A DNA stretch of 64,000 bases from Alphaproteobacteria bacterium (GTDB lineage: Bacteria; Pseudomonadota; Alphaproteobacteria; UBA6615): positions 88,151-152,150 of the forward strand of contig CBDBHH010000005.1 in NCBI GenBank assembly GCA_965205535.1, written 5' to 3'. Every line of letters begins with the position of its first letter. Within the stretch, counting starts at the first letter, position 1. A program made the position numbers and the translations under genes. The notes under the pieces are model-generated. The model saw only the letters and a list, made by a program, of their open reading frames with translations, was not told where the DNA came from and ran no database searches. Shown here in pieces: positions 60,228 through 64,000 of the stretch.

Positions 60228-62231
60228 ATGACCATCTTGAAACCTTACCTGCTGCCATCTGTTTTTTTGGGAGCGGCCTTGATGCTTGCCCTGCCGTGGG
60301 GCGCAGCAGCACAAACCATCGATAATGCCAGAACGATCACGTTAGACTCAGTCGTCGCTGACGCGACAATCACCGTTACCGAGACGGGAGAAATCACACC
60401 AAACGGAATCCTCCAACACGGCATTGACTCAATTGGTGAGAGTCCAACAATCACCAACAATGGCACAATCACAACGGACGGTGGTAGCGCCAGCGGCATT
60501 CACTCGACTGGCGATGGCTCAACACAAGATAAAACAACAATCACCAACAATGGCACGATCACAACAAACGATAATACCTCGCGCGGCATTCTCGCAAATG
60601 GCGGTTGGGCGGAAATCACCAACAATGGCATGATCGAAACGTTCGGAGAGCGTTCGGCAGGTATCTTTTCGTCCGGCGCCAACGCGACAATCACCTTGGG
60701 CGAAAACGGCACGATCACAACAAGCGGCCCAATCTCAGCCGGCGGCAGCGGCGCGCCCGGCATTTATTCAAGCCACGAGAACGCAATGATCACCATCAAT
60801 GGCGCGATCACGACAAGCGGTGAGGCGGCCCACGGTGTTCAATCGACTAACAATCCTTCCGACAGTGGAAATCCCCGTAACGCGAATATCACCGTTGGTG
60901 TGACTGGAACAATCTCAACGAGCGGTAATAACGCGCACGGCATTCAGGCAACCGGCGATAATGCGACAATCACCATCGATGGCAAGGTCACTGTCAGCGG
61001 CGAGGGTTCCTATGTGGTGCGCGGTGGCGATGATACCAACCAAACGCTGACCCTGTCAGAGGGCGCGGTAACCCAGGGGGAATTCAATCTGGGAGAGGGC
61101 GAAGGCGATAATGATGTCGCCAACGTTTGGGTGGATACCACGGCGGGCGCCTCATCGACCGTCACTATCGGCGGCGCGGAGACCATTAACCTGATGAGTG
61201 CGGATCCAGACGCCCGGATGTTTCAATTACCCCGATTAGTGAGCAGCTCAGGCGATAGGGTGGCTATGATCGACCCGACGGGGGCGGCCGCAACGCGCAT
61301 GGCACTGGGCGCAACCACGGGCCAGATTCATCGACAGGTGTCAAACCGTCTGGCCTTCGCGCCGCAAGCCGGGGGACGCGCAGGGGACGCGCGTGACAGA
61401 ACCGCATGGGGCGCTTTTTTGGGTGGCCACTCCGGGCGCGATGACGACGGGCTGGCGCTGGCTTTTGATCACAGCCTTTATGGTGTGGTCGGAGGCTACG
61501 ATGCTTACATAGACAGCGGCCAGCGGGTCGGCTTTTTTGCCGGGTTTGGCAGGGAAGATATCAAAACCTCCGACAGTGCGTCCATCACCGACACCGCAGA
61601 CCGCGCGTTTGCCGGGGTTTACGGGCGGCATGTGATCGGTAATCTGAGCCTGGATGCATCGGTGGTGCTCGGATATGCCAGCCACAAGGCCACCCGCGCC
61701 GTGTTTGACAACACGACAGGAGCCGAAACCGCTAACGGAGAATACAACAGCGCCACCGTCAGCCCGGCGCTGCGCCTGGGCTGGTCCCACGCCTTCGCCA
61801 ACGGGCTTGAACTGCGGCCCGGCGCGCAAATCGCCTATACCCACGGGTTTTATGGCAGTTACACCGAAAGCGGCGCCTCAAACTCGAATATAAGCTTCGA
61901 GAATCGGAACGTGAGCATTGCCGATGCGCGCCTGCAACTGGCGTTGGCGCAACCGTTTGACGCCGACCGGGGAGAGATCGAATTCCGCATCGGGGGCATT
62001 GCAACGCATTACGGCAAGGACAGTGTCAACGCCCAACTGGTGGGCGGGGGCGCGACCACATCCTACGCGGTGCCGGGCGACAGGACGTTCTCCGGCGGCT
62101 TTGTCGGGGCTACTCTGCACTACGCCATCAAGGATCGTGTCAATCTGGACGGTACGATCGAATATGCCCGGACATCGGGCGACAGCTCTGGCGCACTCTC
62201 GGGGCAACTGGGGCTGGTGTTCAAATTTTAG
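60228..62231 (+). CDS. Autotransporter D with beta-helical passenger (667 aa)
   Basis: Signal peptide, repeated ITNNGTITT.G..A.GI, C-terminal barrel ending GLVFKF; AAGGA RBS. Confidence 0.9.
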   Translation: MTILKPYLLPSVFLGAALMLALPWGAAAQTIDNARTITLDSVVADATITVTETGEITPNGILQHGIDSIGESPTITNNGTITTDGGSASGIHSTGDGSTQDKTTITNNGTITTNDNTSRGILANGGWAEITNNGMIETFGERSAGIFSSGANATITLGENGTITTSGPISAGGSGAPGIYSSHENAMITINGAITTSGEAAHGVQSTNNPSDSGNPRNANITVGVTGTISTSGNNAHGIQATGDNATITIDGKVTVSGEGSYVVRGGDDTNQTLTLSEGAVTQGEFNLGEGEGDNDVANVWVDTTAGASSTVTIGGAETINLMSADPDARMFQLPRLVSSSGDRVAMIDPTGAAATRMALGATTGQIHRQVSNRLAFAPQAGGRAGDARDRTAWGAFLGGHSGRDDDGLALAFDHSLYGVVGGYDAYIDSGQRVGFFAGFGREDIKTSDSASITDTADRAFAGVYGRHVIGNLSLDASVVLGYASHKATRAVFDNTTGAETANGEYNSATVSPALRLGWSHAFANGLELRPGAQIAYTHGFYGSYTESGASNSNISFENRNVSIADARLQLALAQPFDADRGEIEFRIGGIATHYGKDSVNAQLVGGGATTSYAVPGDRTFSGGFVGATLHYAIKDRVNLDGTIEYARTSGDSSGALSGQLGLVFKF

Positions 62232-62308
62232 GGATACAAACCCCGGACATCTCGCACCCCGGACATCTCGCTTCGAGGTTCAGGGCCGGTGGCCGCCCGG
62301 AAGACCGG

Positions 62309-62444
62309 TCATCGACTCGACAACGCCGAAGAAAGGACGTTGAGCCTCACAGGCTGAGAATATCCGTTCTCTCAGGCCGCGATAAATCCGATTCACCGTG
62401 TTGCGGTTCAAGCCACAGATTTGGGCTGTCGGGAGCGCTGTGAG
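62309..62444 (-). mobile_element. Internal fragment of the IS1016-like element seen at 32137-32869
   Basis: Reverse complement is nearly identical to about 32267-32403; cut by IS3 copy 2. Confidence 0.85.
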
Positions 62445-62517
62445 TGTCCGTCGTCATATAAAATGGGACATCAGAGTGGTTTGAGCATTGGAGTCTCTGG
62501 CTCGTTTGTGTGATTGA

Positions 62518-63498
62518 TTATGCGGCTTGTTTCTGATGTTGCAAGCGGCGTTGTTTGATTGTGTTTTTCTTAATCTTTTCCCTTTCTCTGAGAATTGCTT
62601 TGTCGCGGCCGAAGTAGACGTCGACTGGTGTGACGTTGTTCAGGCTCTCGTGGTAGCGCCGGTTGTTGTAGTATTCGACGAAGGCCCCGATCTGGCGTTC
62701 AAGATCGCCTGGCAGATAGTAATTCTCCAGCAGAACCCGGTTCTTCATGGTCTGGTGCCAGCGTTCGATTTTGCCTTGGGTTTGTGGGTGGAACGGCGCG
62801 CCGCGAACATGCGTCATTTTTTGATCCTCCAACCAGTTGGCCAGATCGCCGGAGATGTAGCATGAACCGTTGTCGCTGAGCAGACGTGGCTTGTGACGCA
62901 CAACCGCCTGGTCGCAACCAGACGCCGTCAGCGCCAGCTCGATCGTGTCTGTCACGTCCTCAGCACGCATGTTGGTGCAAAGCTTCCACGCAATGATGTA
63001 GCGGCTGTAATCATCGAGGATCGTGCTCAGATAATACCAGCCCCAGCCAATGATCTTGAAGTAGGTGAAGTCTGTTTGCCACATCTCGTTGATGGCCGTG
63101 GTTTTGTCGGTGAACTCGTCGGCAGCTTTGATCACCATGTAGTCTGGCGCGGTGATGAGGTCAGCTGCTTTGAGAATGCGATAAGCTGATGATTCAGAGA
63201 CAAAATACCGCCTCTCATCCGTGTATTTGACCGCCAGTTCCCGTGTGGTCAGCGCCTCATGTTCCAGCGCGAACTCGATCAGGTCATCACGACGAGCATC
63301 AGGGATGCGGTTCCAGACCGATCCTGGGCGTGGGGATTTGTCAGCCAGTCCATCCAGGCCGCCGTCAATATAGAGATCATACCATCGGTAGAATGTCGTG
63401 CGTGGGATGCCCAGCATGTCGAGGGTTTGTTTCACCGGCAGATGTGATCCCTCAACGGTGCGGATGATCTCCAGTTTCTCAGACGCAGGGTATCTCAT
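62518..63498 (-). CDS. IS3-family transposase OrfB
   Basis: Identical to 27003..27983. Confidence 0.93.
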   Translation of the reverse strand: MRYPASEKLEIIRTVEGSHLPVKQTLDMLGIPRTTFYRWYDLYIDGGLDGLADKSPRPGSVWNRIPDARRDDLIEFALEHEALTTRELAVKYTDERRYFVSESSAYRILKAADLITAPDYMVIKAADEFTDKTTAINEMWQTDFTYFKIIGWGWYYLSTILDDYSRYIIAWKLCTNMRAEDVTDTIELALTASGCDQAVVRHKPRLLSDNGSCYISGDLANWLEDQKMTHVRGAPFHPQTQGKIERWHQTMKNRVLLENYYLPGDLERQIGAFVEYYNNRRYHESLNNVTPVDVYFGRDKAILREREKIKKNTIKQRRLQHQKQAA

Positions 63499-63869
63499 TC
63501 CTCGAACTCCCCAGCCCCTGTCATGCTTTTTTTGAGCAGACGGTTCTCAAGGGTGAGATCGGCAACGCATTCCTTTAATGCCAGCGACTCCGAGCGCAGA
63601 TCCTTCACTTCGGGCGGCGTAGCCTGCCGTGCCGTGTCACCAGATAACCGGCGCTTGCCAGCTTCGAGAAATTCCTTGGACCAGCTATAATACAGGCTCT
63701 CGGCAATCCCCTCGCGGCGGCACAGCACCGAGATGCTTTCCTCGCCACGCAGGCCCGCCAAGACGATGCGGATTTTCTCTTCAGCTGAATAGGTTTGCCG
63801 CGTCTTGCGGCGGATGTTCTTAACCACCTTGCCGGCGGCGTCTTTCGATGTCTGGGGCTTCTTCGTCAT
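63495..63869 (-). CDS. IS3-family transposase OrfA
   Basis: Identical to 27980..28354. Confidence 0.9.
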   Translation of the reverse strand: MTKKPQTSKDAAGKVVKNIRRKTRQTYSAEEKIRIVLAGLRGEESISVLCRREGIAESLYYSWSKEFLEAGKRRLSGDTARQATPPEVKDLRSESLALKECVADLTLENRLLKKSMTGAGEFEE

Positions 63870-64000
63870 CTCGATCTCCTAATCGATAAGATGAACCAGA
63901 AATCCTCCGTTATTCAAATCCTCAATTCTGTCCCACGGGTGCTGACGTCAGACATATTGAGAAGCAATTTATGTGCCGATTTCGGGCAATTCCCGCCCCA

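Larger units (their letters stand above)
62445..63954 (-). mobile_element. IS3-family element, copy 2 (1,510 bp)
   Basis: Same length, orientation and proteins as copy 1; one visible difference near the end (GATGTCAGACA vs GACGTCAGACA). Confidence 0.92.

Noticed and set aside
62240-62271. 16-bp tandem duplication ACCCCGGACATCTCGC x2 after autotransporter D
   Set aside because: Only two units next to IS debris; most likely a slippage or repair scar.

Overview
The window has two parts. Positions 1-16.5 kb are GC-rich core genome of an alphaproteobacterium (Rhodospirillales-like by gene content; inference): a conserved hypothetical gene, a diheme cytochrome c, a dienelactone hydrolase, frmA, trxB, a VtlR/LsrB-type LysR regulator followed by an unannotated AbcR-like small RNA, msrP, an MFS transporter, TPR, beta-propeller and lipocalin genes, glcDEF, rpmJ and a truncated AhpD-like gene. 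At about 16.5 kb the sequence switches abruptly to an accessory region. It starts with an AT-richer module (orphan DNA methyltransferase, type I R-M with a frameshifted hsdS, RHH protein, HUH Rep-like protein, resolvase remnant). Into this module a complete 2,558-bp IS1595 element has inserted (27-bp perfect IRs, 8-bp TSD); it carries an EcoRI-like nuclease and a very small methyltransferase broken in a G13 tract. Two near-identical 1,510-bp IS3 copies (26930-28439 and 62445-63954) then bracket about 34 kb with four autotransporter-type surface-protein genes. Three are built from shared PKD, cadherin-like, Ig and Calx-beta modules; one of these is probably about 5,100 aa and is broken by a likely mis-assembled repeat stretch, and two share an apparently identical beta-domain. 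The same interval holds a decayed SmaI-like R-M system and several IS and recombinase remnants. All family calls are from motif recognition by eye; no searches were run.
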